From positions 61,380,001 to 61,444,000 of the forward strand of contig OZ024745.1 of assembly GCA_964016885.1 (NCBI GenBank): a stretch of DNA of 64,000 nt. Reading direction: 5' to 3'. This DNA is from Eledone cirrhosa (lineage: Eukaryota). Positions 53,670 to 64,000 of this stretch are shown here, one piece after another; the stretch's first letter is position 1, and every line of letters starts with the position of its first letter. Below the pieces are notes generated by a model. The model saw only the letters and a program-made list of their open reading frames with translations, was not told where the DNA came from and searched no databases. Made by a program: the position numbers and the translations under genes.

Positions 53670-56600
53670 ATGACCTCACTAAGAATAGGCAGCATAAATG
53701 CGCGTGGCTTGGGGTCGTCATGGAAGCAGGGTCACCTGCTCAACGACCTCAGGTCACTAAACATAGATGTAGTGGCCATCAGCGAGACCAGAATCTCCGA
53801 AGCACGGGCCTTCGCACCGATCTTCGGCGGCTACGATGTATACGCATCTCCCAGCCGTCCTGGATCGGGTGGAGGAGTTGCTGTGCTTTTTCGGAGAGGT
53901 TTGGATCTCGCCATACGGGCCATCTTCCTGGACCCAGAGGGTAAGCTGGTGGTGCTGGACGTGACCAGCGGAGACGGGCAAGCTTTCAGGCTAGTGGCCG
54001 TCTATGCCCCGACAGGAGCAGGGCGGCCTGATTTCTTCCGGCGTCTGGAGACCTTTCTTGGAACGTCCCGCTCTTTAGTGTTAGTGGGCGACTGGAACGG
54101 GATCTTAGATGCACGCTGGGACTGTGTGGGATTAGCGGATAGGGGTGGAGGGTGCAAGAGCCTCCCCAACCTGCTCAGGCGTTTTGAACTGTCTGACAGG
54201 TACCGATTGGATTTCCCGAATGTGCCAATGTGGACTTGGACAAACCGCATAGGGTCATCCAGATCATATCTAGATAGAGTATTTTGTAGGGAAATAGATA
54301 GGTCTAGCATAGGCTGTCCACAATTCAAGATAGTCAGCTACACGGACCACAAATTCGTGACCTGTGTGCTTGACTTAGATAGGCTTCATAGACGAGGACC
54401 CGGCTACTGGAAGCTAAACGCGTCCTTACCAGCGCGCAAGGCCTACAGAGACCGGATTAGCGAACTAGTTAAGCGGGCGTTGACGGGGGCCATCGTCAAC
54501 AACAAGTGGTGGTTTGCTCTGAAAAGAGCGATTAGAATAGAATCGATTAGGTTTAGTAAGGCTTTAGCAATAGAGAAAAATAGAGCAGAGGGAGAACTAG
54601 TTAGAAAATTAGACGAGGCGCTTAGCAAAGGCATTGCGACCGACGTGCTTGCGGCGAAATTGGCCCTTGACCAATTCTTCAATGCAAAGCACGAAGGCTG
54701 CGTTGTCAGAGCTAGGGTGCGTGCTCTCAGACACGAGGGGACGAAAGCCGTTCAATGGGCCCGAGTGGCGGAGGCGCGTCGTGGCAACAAAGCCACGATC
54801 CGGTCTTTGGTGGACCACGACGGGCGCATGCTACTCGACCCCGGGCAAATGTGTGAAGCTTTTCAGCGACACTTCGCTCAGCTGTTCGGGGGCAGCGGGG
54901 GGCCGGGTAGAGGGATGGACTTTAGTGTCTACCTCGACGGACTGCCGCGGCTCTCGGCCACTGAGGCGAAGTGTTGCGAAAAGCCGATAACAGCCGCTGA
55001 AGTACGGGAGGCAATGACTGGCTGCACAAGGGGTAAATCGCCTGGTTTGGATGGTCTGCCCTATGAACTTTACGTACAGATGCCAGACTTGTTCGGAGGC
55101 CTCTTGGCGGACGTCTACTGCAACTGGCAACAGAACGGGAGAATTCCCAGTTCTGTGAGCCGAGGAGCGGTGGCACTGCTGAGAAAGGATCCGAACAAGG
55201 GGGATAACATAGACAATTTCCGGCCCATAACTCTGCTAAACACAGAGTTTAAGATTTTGGCCAAGGTGCTAGCAAAGAGGTTGGCGCTTGTCGTTGGTGG
55301 TCTGGTGGGAGAGGCGCAGACATGCGCCATTCCCGACAGATCCATCCACGACAACCTCCACCTCATGCGATACATCGTAGAGAGGGTAGCTAGGGAACCT
55401 GGCACGGGTGGGTCCTTGATCAATTTAGATCAGTCGAAAGCTTTCGATAGGGTCGACCATCGTTACCTAGCGGCAGTCCTGAGGGCGGCTGGCTTTGGGC
55501 CCGTCTTCAGAGGCTGGATCGCTGCCATGCACAGCGACATCTGCTCTGTAGTGAGAGTGAACGGTCACCTGTCGGAACCGTTCAACATCATGCGCTCGGT
55601 CCGCCAAGGATGTCCCCTCTCGTCCCTCTTGTACGTATTGACTCTCGAGCCATTACTGCACAAACTGGAGACGTTGAGGGGAGTCCCGCGCGAACTAGGA
55701 TGCGGAAGATCCGTGTCAGCATATGCGGACGATGTCACCGTAGTGGTGTCGAACGCCAAACACATCGAGGCGATCGGCACTACACTAAGAGAATACGAAG
55801 CGGTGACAGGAGCAATGATCAACCAGGAAAAGTCAGTGGGCCTGCAGCTCGGCACCTGGAGAGGCAGGTCCATGCCGTCCAACAGCGTCGTCGGGCGCTG
55901 GACGGACGGACCGGTTAAATTGCTAGGGGTCTGGTTCGGTCCGGACCTCCAGACGGACAAAAACTGGGACGAGGTGACGAGCAGGGTGGCTTCTCTCACC
56001 CAGAAATGGGCGGAGAGGAAGCTATCCCTGAAAGGTCGAGCGGAGGTGGCTAACGCGTACATCGCGTCTGTCATCTGCTACCGCCTAACCGTCGTACCTT
56101 GTCCTAAGCCTCGCCTGACTGCGCTGGAGCGTTTGCTCTTTCGCTTTTTGTGGAAGGGACGTGCTCCGATGGTCAGGCGGTCCATCTGTTGTCAACACCC
56201 GCTACGTGGAGGGCTGGGCATGCCGTGGCTGATGATGCGCAGGCACGCGCTCAGGCTACGACATCTCCACCTCTTCCTCGACGGTGATCAGGTGTGGTCG
56301 CCGTTTGCTAGACGCGTTTTTCCCCAGCTCGTTTCCTTGACGGAGCTGCAGTCCTGGGTCAAGCGAAGACCGAGAGGGAGCGCCTGGAGACTGGAATGTC
56401 TTCAGGCGCTCACAGCCCTCGACCAATCGGGCAATGTGATCGGTGGAAACTCCACCTCGGCGTTCTATAGAGGATTAGTGGAGGGGAAGAGCGACGACGT
56501 ACTTGGGGAAACTCTAGGCGTCGACGAAAATCAACTAGCCAATCTCTTCGGAAGAACTTTCGGGCCAGGGCCTATGGACAACTTCCAGAAATCTCTGGCC

Positions 56601-57089
56601 TGGCAGTGCTACCGACGAGCCTTGCCAGTTCGGGATAAACTCTACAGGCATGGAGGTGCCGTCAGCCGGGCATGTCCGAGATGCGCGCAGGGCGACGAAA
56701 CCGTCCTGCACGCACTCGTCCAGTGTCCGAAAATTGCTGACTTGTGGGTTTATGTCGAACACCTGCTGTCGCGTTTAGGACGGATCCGGCTATCATCTGA
56801 GTCCATCGTGAGGATTGCCCCGCCCTCCTCCTTTAGCCGGGAAGGGCAGGCAGTTTTTATCTGCCTGGTGGCCATGGCGAAAGAGATAGTATGGTGGACA
56901 CGTTTGAAAGGGCTGAAGACGAGCACTTACCTCTTCGGTGATGCTCTGATTGACTTTTTCAAATTTCATTTGAAAAGGAAAATCAGAGTAGAGAGGGAAG
57001 TGCTCTCTTCCCAGCATTTTGTTGAAAGATGGGTGAGAGAAGCAAGAATGGCCCGAGTGAATGGGCCTACTCTGAGCATATATCTGTAA
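53670..57089 (+). CDS. Tx1-clade ORF2 (APE endonuclease, RT, C-terminal zinc finger), intact; element 51331-57340
   Basis: SINARGL, VYAP, GDWN, YLDR, TDH, YWKLN, SPGLDGLP, DQSKAFDRVDH, VRQGCPLS, AYADD, CPRC..HALVQC; (ATT)n on both flanks. Confidence 0.96.
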   Translation: MTSLRIGSINARGLGSSWKQGHLLNDLRSLNIDVVAISETRISEARAFAPIFGGYDVYASPSRPGSGGGVAVLFRRGLDLAIRAIFLDPEGKLVVLDVTSGDGQAFRLVAVYAPTGAGRPDFFRRLETFLGTSRSLVLVGDWNGILDARWDCVGLADRGGGCKSLPNLLRRFELSDRYRLDFPNVPMWTWTNRIGSSRSYLDRVFCREIDRSSIGCPQFKIVSYTDHKFVTCVLDLDRLHRRGPGYWKLNASLPARKAYRDRISELVKRALTGAIVNNKWWFALKRAIRIESIRFSKALAIEKNRAEGELVRKLDEALSKGIATDVLAAKLALDQFFNAKHEGCVVRARVRALRHEGTKAVQWARVAEARRGNKATIRSLVDHDGRMLLDPGQMCEAFQRHFAQLFGGSGGPGRGMDFSVYLDGLPRLSATEAKCCEKPITAAEVREAMTGCTRGKSPGLDGLPYELYVQMPDLFGGLLADVYCNWQQNGRIPSSVSRGAVALLRKDPNKGDNIDNFRPITLLNTEFKILAKVLAKRLALVVGGLVGEAQTCAIPDRSIHDNLHLMRYIVERVAREPGTGGSLINLDQSKAFDRVDHRYLAAVLRAAGFGPVFRGWIAAMHSDICSVVRVNGHLSEPFNIMRSVRQGCPLSSLLYVLTLEPLLHKLETLRGVPRELGCGRSVSAYADDVTVVVSNAKHIEAIGTTLREYEAVTGAMINQEKSVGLQLGTWRGRSMPSNSVVGRWTDGPVKLLGVWFGPDLQTDKNWDEVTSRVASLTQKWAERKLSLKGRAEVANAYIASVICYRLTVVPCPKPRLTALERLLFRFLWKGRAPMVRRSICCQHPLRGGLGMPWLMMRRHALRLRHLHLFLDGDQVWSPFARRVFPQLVSLTELQSWVKRRPRGSAWRLECLQALTALDQSGNVIGGNSTSAFYRGLVEGKSDDVLGETLGVDENQLANLFGRTFGPGPMDNFQKSLAWQCYRRALPVRDKLYRHGGAVSRACPRCAQGDETVLHALVQCPKIADLWVYVEHLLSRLGRIRLSSESIVRIAPPSSFSREGQAVFICLVAMAKEIVWWTRLKGLKTSTYLFGDALIDFFKFHLKRKIRVEREVLSSQHFVERWVREARMARVNGPTLSIYL

Positions 57090-57338
57090 ATTAAAGGTGG
57101 AAAACTGGGAGAGGGCACTTGCCTTGGTGGTCAGGGTCATTGTGGCTTTTTACTGGGCTTTCTCCACAAATGTCCCTCCGAAGTCTCCCCCCCTATTGGG
57201 GAATTTTTCATTGTTATTTTTTGTTACATCCTCTGTTTTTGTTTTTTACACGCAGAAATGCCCATTTGTACCGTCCTGCATTGTCCTGCACTGTCCTTAA
57301 TGTCTACTTTATGTAAACCCTTGTGGTTAATAAAGAAA

Positions 57339-57388
<50 letters not shown>

Positions 57389-57410
57389 TTTTAATTTTTT
57401 ATTTTTTTTT

Positions 57411-57451
57411 CTCGTGCAATGGCCATACTCGATAACGAGGGGGCAGCCATC
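57411..57451 (+). mobile_element. RTE 3'-terminal stem-loop
   Basis: Identical to 41234-41274. Confidence 0.88.
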
Positions 57452-58369
57452 ATGTGTGAGCGTACAAATACACACATATGAACATCTCAGAAAGAAGTCG
57501 AGATAGACAGAAATTCAACAGAAAAACTATCGCCTGGTCTTATTTGTTCCTAAAGTGTGAGAAGTTAAAATGGCGTACCAGCCACAGAAGGTGGGTCAGT
57601 CATTTTGTTTTTCAAATCATCGATTGGTGGATTGCATTTAACGGCAGGAAGTGTCAACGGTAGAAATCACAGGTGACCAAGTTAATGTATTGTTATTAAT
57701 GAACTGCGAGTGTGAAAATAGATCAAATGTTCACATTTTAAAACAGGAAACTAAGATCAACACCAGTAGTAAAATGTGTATGTATGTGTGCATACACATC
57801 GTGAAACGTTCGATGTCTGCGTATGGGCGGCTATATTATAGATGAGTATGAGCATATGGAGTTATGGGTGTGTATGTTTGTGTGTTCGCGTTTGCTTGTT
57901 TATCCGTATATGTTGGTATGTGTGTGCTTGTATGTATTCGAAATATATGAGCAGACTGTCAGCTTTCTGAGTAGATTAAGTGTCATACGAAGCGAAAGGT
58001 GGATGGTTCGTTTCCGCTCCCTATTGCTACATTATCGTAGTGATCCAAGTACTTGACACTTACTGGCCAAATGGCTAATATAATTTGTCATGCGTATGTA
58101 TGTGTGTGTATTTGTATGAGTGTGTCTGCTTGTCTATGCGCACATGTATGCGCACGTGTATGCGCACGTGTACGCGCACATCTATTTTGCGTGCGTAACG
58201 GAGTCATATGTTGCGAATTACTAGTAAATCAGCGGATATCTGTGACGGAAACATGTTTTCAATTCCGATTATTAGTCAGACTCTTTTCACTTCACTAACA
58301 CCTATAATGCTTCCCAAAAGAAAAGTATATCGAATGTGAGATTGTATGTTTGTTTAGATATGTATTACT

Positions 58370-59590
58370 TGGGGTTTGGTTTGCTTCAGTTCTCCAAGTG
58401 AGCAAGAAGTGGGACGAAGTGACGAACAAAGTGAAGAAGTTATCCTTGAAAAGTCGGATGAATGTGGCGAACGTTTCTATCGCCTCCGTATTCGCTTAAA
58501 GTCGGGCCGTCGTGTCTTGCCCTTGTTCACGTCTGACTAGAAGATGCTCCATTTGCTGTCAACACCCTCTACGTTGAGGACTCGGTATGCCGTGGCAGAT
58601 AAGGCTCAAACATACATGCACCGATGCTGAGACATTTTCAGCATTCCTATCGCCCCCCCACCCTCCAGCCAGCTCGTGTCTTTGATAGAGCTGTAGCTTT
58701 GGGTCAAGTGAAGACACACACATGGCACTTGGCGTCTGAAATGTCAAACGTCCACAGCCTTCTGTTAGTCGGGCAATGAGCTCGGAGAAGTTGTTCGTTG
58801 ACGTTCTATCGTGGATTTGTTGCAGACAAAACTCTCGGGAAATCTGTGTCTACTAATATCAATAGAGGGCGGGGTCTCTTCTAGAGGTCTTTCGGTTATG
58901 GGCCCATTAATAATTTCTAGAAGTCCTTGGCTTGACAGTGCTACTGGGAAAAAGAACAGCCACGGAAGATTTGTCCGAGATGAGTCATGAAACCATTCTT
59001 CACGCAGTACTTGAACATTGCTGACATGTGGAATTCTGTCGAACAGCTATCTGTAATGACGTGTAGGATGGATCCGTCTCTCAGCTGGGTTCATTATGAA
59101 GATCATCCTGTTTAGTGAGAAGGATATGCAGTTTTTATATGCCTGGTGCCAGACGCGACTGAAAGGGTTGAAATTCGACACTTTCTTTTTTGGTTAAGCC
59201 CTCATTAACTTTTTCAAGTTTCATTTGCTAATGAAATTAAGGGTAGAGAAGGAAGTATTGCCTTCCAGCCAATTTATTGAAAGGTGGATGGGAGTGGCGG
59301 GCGCTTCCCAAATGAATGGGTTTTCTCTGGATATGCACCTGTAGATTGAGAAAGGACAACTGTGAGTGAGAGGGTGTTTGTCTTACTGGTACGTCTGACC
59401 GTATTTTGTGGGTTTTCCAAGAGTATCCCTAGGTGGTGTCTCTTCTTTTGAGAGATTGTCTTCGAATTTTTTGTTATTTCTTTGGGTTTTGTTTTTCTTA
59501 TTCCACCCTTTTCCACACGTTTTAATGTAAACCAACACTGTGTCGTCTAGTACCATCCTCAATAGGATTTGTAACCCCTTGTGGTTAATA
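58370..59590 (+). pseudogene. Old decayed Tx1 ORF2 3' region
   Basis: Collinear with ~55925-57330 (e.g. tgggacgaagtgacga, tgctgtcaacaccctctacgt, ccccttgtggttaata). Confidence 0.85.
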
Positions 59591-59612
59591 TCGAAATTAT
59601 TATTAATATTAT

Positions 59613-60265
59613 TGAGTTCAAATTCCGCCGAGGTTAACTTTGCCTTTCATCCGTACGGGGTAGATAAAATAAAGTACCAGTCACGCACTGGGGTCGATTT
59701 AATCGACTTTCTCCTACCCAAAATTACTGGCCTTGTGCCTGTAGTAGAACTCATTATTATTATTAGGGCAGTGGAATGGCACTATCGGTCGGGCGTCGGA
59801 CAACAAGCTTTGAAGCATATAGTTACGTCCCTTTACATTCTGATTTCAAAATCCACCGAGGTTAGCTTTGCCTTCATCCTTACGAGGTCGATAAAATAAA
59901 GTACCAGGCAGGCGCTGGAGTTGATTTAATCGACTTTCCCCTCCCCCAAAATTGCTGGCCTTGTGCCTATATAAGAAACCATTATTATCATCATTATTAA
60001 TGGTCTGAGTTCATATCCCGACGAGGTTAACTTTGCCTTTCATACTTATGGGGTCGATAGAATAAAGTACCAGTCACGCACTGGGGTCGATTTAATCGAC
60101 TTTCCCTTCCCCCCCAAATTACTGGCCTTGTGCCTATATCAGAAACCATTATTATTGGTCTGAGTTCAAATCCCGACGAGGTTAACTTTGCCTTTTATCC
60201 TTACGGGGGGTCGATAGAATAAAGTACCAGTAATGCACTGGGATAATTGTTGGCCTTGTGCCAAT
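59613..60265 (+). mobile_element. Tandem array of four SINE units
   Basis: Core repeated from ~59613, 59764 (with head), 60003 and 60158, separated by short (ATT)n. Confidence 0.9.
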
Positions 60266-60589
60266 TATTATATATTGGTGTTTTACTAAATAACAAACAG
60301 ATTTATTTCAGTCATAAATTGTTTTTCTATCACTCAGTAGTTCTATCAGCAGATGATTCACTTTGTTGTAAGTGTATATTGTAATGACTGATCTTAAAAT
60401 AAAGAGCGAGAGTGGGAGGGAATAAGAGAGAGAGAGGAAGAGTAGAGAGTGAAGTAGTCTCATATTTCTTCCAGTTCATCACGACCATTATCATGATGAT
60501 TACGTTGATGACCAAAATGGAAATAATACTTATAATAACACCACTAATAATAGTTAGAACCATGATTTCTTTTTATAAACGATTTCTTT

Positions 60590-60622
<33 letters not shown>

Positions 60623-60640
60623 CATAGTAAAATCATAAAT

Positions 60641-60671
<31 letters not shown>

Positions 60672-60772
60672 GGAGGAGGATGTGGAAATAATCATTCATC
60701 ATGATCATGATCATAATTATCGTCATCATTGTTATCCTCCTCCCCCCCTCCTCCTCCTCCTCATCGTCATCG

Positions 60773-60811
<39 letters not shown>

Positions 60812-62437
60812 ATATTATTATTACGTGTTTTGGGATTAAAAACACATTTGTCCAGCTTTATAAAATGAACTGTTTGTGTCGGATAAAAGTGGCATAAACG
60901 AAGACTTGTGATTTATGCACAACAATTTCAAGAACTTGTTGAATTGCAGATTTTGTAATGTCCTGCCAGATCCCCAAAGAATTCCTAGTATTTAGCAACT
61001 AAATTTTTATTTTAAGTTGAATCAAATTATTTTCTAATCCGATATTAGCTTAAATACAACCGAGGGGGAGTATTATCATACTTACAAATAATTCTCTATC
61101 CCCTATTCTAATCCAACTAGGTCCAGAGTGTTAAAACGTTGCTGTGATGGGAAGTTATTGTAGATGTTTATCCTAAGTTTATTCCTGGATCAAAAGCAAC
61201 CCAGCCCTGACCATACCTTCTTTTTGCATATCTACGTCGACCTGGTTGTATGGTTAAAAAGATTGTTCAAAACTGCATGGTTTTGCGTTGGCTTGCCTGG
61301 CACCTTAAACAAGCGTTTTCTATTATATCTTCGGGCCAATTAAATAAAATTTGATAGACGAAAAATATGTGGAAAAACGAGAGAAAGATTATTATATTTA
61401 TTGAGTGGTAGACTTAATCCATTACTTAGTTTAACACACGTTTCATCCCTTGGGTAACTTTAGTGGATAATCATTCGGGCCAGGTCTGCAGTCTGAAGAT
61501 AACTTTTCCACTTTCTTCTACCAGCCATGGTGGTCCACTTCTTTTTATACGATAGTGTGTGATATGAGGAAAATGTTACTGCTATTACTAGCAGGTAGAG
61601 TGATCGCATAGAGAAACACTCCTTACAATGTGAAAGTTTAAGTGACTGTTGATGTGAGAAGCGTTGGGTTGTGAAACATTGATAAGACAGGTTCTTGAAA
61701 CTCCTTGCAATCAAGATTCAGATGCACAGCAATGTCGACAACAAAAGAATTACAGCAACTGCAATAACAATACTAACAACAATAGCAGCCAAAATTAACA
61801 ACAACGATAACTATAAAAGAGTTAGCAGGACAAGACAGAAAAAAGAGGAAAAATAAAATCAGACGTAGAAAGATTATATCTATTATGGACACTGGGGGTT
61901 GGGGTATTATGCAGCTGGAAAACTATTATAAAATATCTATTGCACTACAAGAAACATACCTGATGAAGAATAACGAAGAGTTAATACAAATATTCACGCA
62001 GCAAAAATAAAGTAAAAATTGTTTTCTGTCTTCAAGGAAGCCAACAAGTACAAATCAGAAGCTGAATTGACAGATATTTATGAAAAGAATGAAAAAAAAA
62101 GAAGTAAAACAGCTGCAGAAATGGTGAAAAAGATTAAATCTAAGTTGAAAACAGATCTTCAGAATACCATACTAAAACAATGGCAAGAAAAAAAAGCCCT
62201 ACATGGGTAAAACACGAAGAAGCTGACTAGGTAGGAAGTAGGAGGTAGACAAACAAAATTCATAACACTGGTTAAGAAGTGCTGGACTAATCATCGAGAT
62301 TGAAGGATTCCCGATCACAGCGAAGATCAAAACCTCAGCAGAAACCACCAATAGTACATAATGAAACAGAACACATTAATTTGATGAAATAAGAGGAAGT
62401 GGGAACGGAAATACATCACACTGTTTCTGGCTGTTTC

Positions 62438-62565
62438 TAAGGGGGTGCTGAAAATTCCTGGCTTTGGGTAAAAGAAAATACAGGAAAACCAGTTGATTAT
62501 AATCTTATTCAACATATTCCCATTTAAGATTCTCACACTTATTGCAGCGGTCCTTCAGATCTTCT
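62438..62565. mobile_element. Mariner-like terminal fragment
   Basis: ta-agggggtgctgaaaattcctggctt resembles a mariner TIR. Confidence 0.5.
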
Positions 62566-62704
62566 AAGCTCTTGCTGTTTCAACAGCTAGTTCCAGACTC
62601 TAGTTTTTAATATAGTCATACGCTACTAACCTAAGTATCGAGTACCCTGTTGAATAATAGTCTAACTAGGTTAAAACTGGTTTCAATCCATATATATATA
62701 TATA

Positions 62705-62852
62705 TAATGTATAATAAACAATACAATATAATTACCTCATTACCAGAGGTAATTATATTGTATTGTTTATTATACATTAAATTTAGCTCTGTAACTTACA
62801 TAGAGCACTCTTCACTTCTATGACTTTTTCAATTTTCAACGGACACTTCAAC
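62705..62852 (+). repeat. Small fold-back insert (~33 bp arms) after (TA)n
   Basis: aatgtataataaacaatacaatataattacctc-attacca-reverse complement. Confidence 0.8.
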
Positions 62853-63106
62853 ACACACACACATATATATATATATATATTTGTAAATCGAACTTTAGCT
62901 GCAGTACAGCTATTACTATCCGATTTGTTTGAAGCAATCACGAAGCACTCAATGGATCGAAAGTTAAAAACAAACATTAAGTCCAGAGTTAAACACCGTA
63001 GTTATAAAATGTGACACTTAGAGAACCGACCGAAGGCACAAACTATACATACAACAAAATAACGATAGATATAAAAAATGGTTTTTCATATATATATATA
63101 TATATA

Positions 63107-63312
63107 TAGGAACGAGTAGGACCCCGACGGCTGAGCTCAAGCCGTTTCGACGGCTAATTCTGGACTAAAATTAGCCGTCCAGAATTAGCCGTCGAAACGG
63201 CTTGAGCTCAGCCGTCGGGGTCCTACTCGTTCCTATTACCCACTCTACTACCCTAAGTATTGAGTACTTTGGTGCGTTATGGTCCACCTGGTTCCTTACC
63301 ACATTTCCTCCG

Positions 63313-63314
<2 letters not shown>
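63107..63314 (+). mobile_element. (TA)n-flanked fold-back insert with HHR 3' half
   Basis: Perfect arms 63107-63165 / 63177-63235; TAGCCGTC-GAAA-CGGCT tgagctc AGCCG-TC-GGGGTCC. Confidence 0.85.
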
Positions 63315-63344
<30 letters not shown>

Positions 63345-63703
63345 TAAGACGTGACAGATTTGGAAATTACATCAACTGAAAGATATGCAAACATCATGAA
63401 ATGCCATTAGAAAAGAGATAGTATAGTCAAACATCAGAAAAGGTATCGGGAATTAAAAAGCAACCATAATCTGGGATATGAAACGCTAACAGAGAGGGAG
63501 ATCAAAGCCAATCGACCTGATATTATAGTGAAAGTTCACAAAGTAATGCAACGCGACCTACACGGCACTGTATCTATCAGTGAAATGGAGAAATTCTCTA
63601 AATATAAAGATCTAGAGATAGAAATAAAACGAACGAGAATAATGAAAACAGAAGCAATCCATATAATAACAGATAAGTTGGGAAAGATAAAATACAAACA
63701 CAC

Positions 63704-63798
<95 letters not shown>

Positions 63799-63799
63799 T

Positions 63800-63854
<55 letters not shown>

Positions 63855-63886
63855 TAGATAGATAGAGAGATAGAGAGATAGAGAGA

Positions 63887-63941
<55 letters not shown>

Positions 63942-64000
63942 GGAGAGAGAGAGAGAGACATAAAAACCAAACCCCAGGACTTACAAATAAATATAGCATT

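Larger units (their letters stand above)
61880..63700 (+). pseudogene. Old Dong/R4 fragment interrupted by later insertions (~62438-63345)
   Basis: KQWQEKKALHG, WLRSAGL, REIKANRPDIIVK, EKFSKYKDLEIEIKR. Confidence 0.75.

Noticed and set aside
59613-60265. CRISPR-like spacing of repeats
   Set aside because: Eukaryotic SINE units over 100 bp with no unique spacers or cas genes

Overview
AT-rich, microsatellite-saturated eukaryotic DNA. The SINE and LINE content suggests a mollusc, probably an octopus (inference). No convincing host gene is present. The window is a stack of retroelements that sit in specific microsatellites: three Dong/R4-clade REL LINEs, a near-complete RTE LINE with bipartite derivatives, an intact Tx1-clade LINE, Penelope-like (GIY-YIG) fragments, a mariner relic and many SINEs. 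The main observation, invisible in the ORF track, is a dense set of about ten distinct type I hammerhead ribozyme (HHR) motifs in short (TA)n-flanked inserts at 20.7-39.7 kb, with related ones at 62.5-63.3 kb. One HHR has a compensatory U3-A8 catalytic core. Two unrelated retrozyme-like monomers share an octamer/PSE-like/TATA layout. Many fold-back inversions have their junction at the ribozyme. The RTE family and its non-autonomous partners also show a covarying 5'UTR-to-3'end helix. All folds were read by eye; no searches or folding programs were run.
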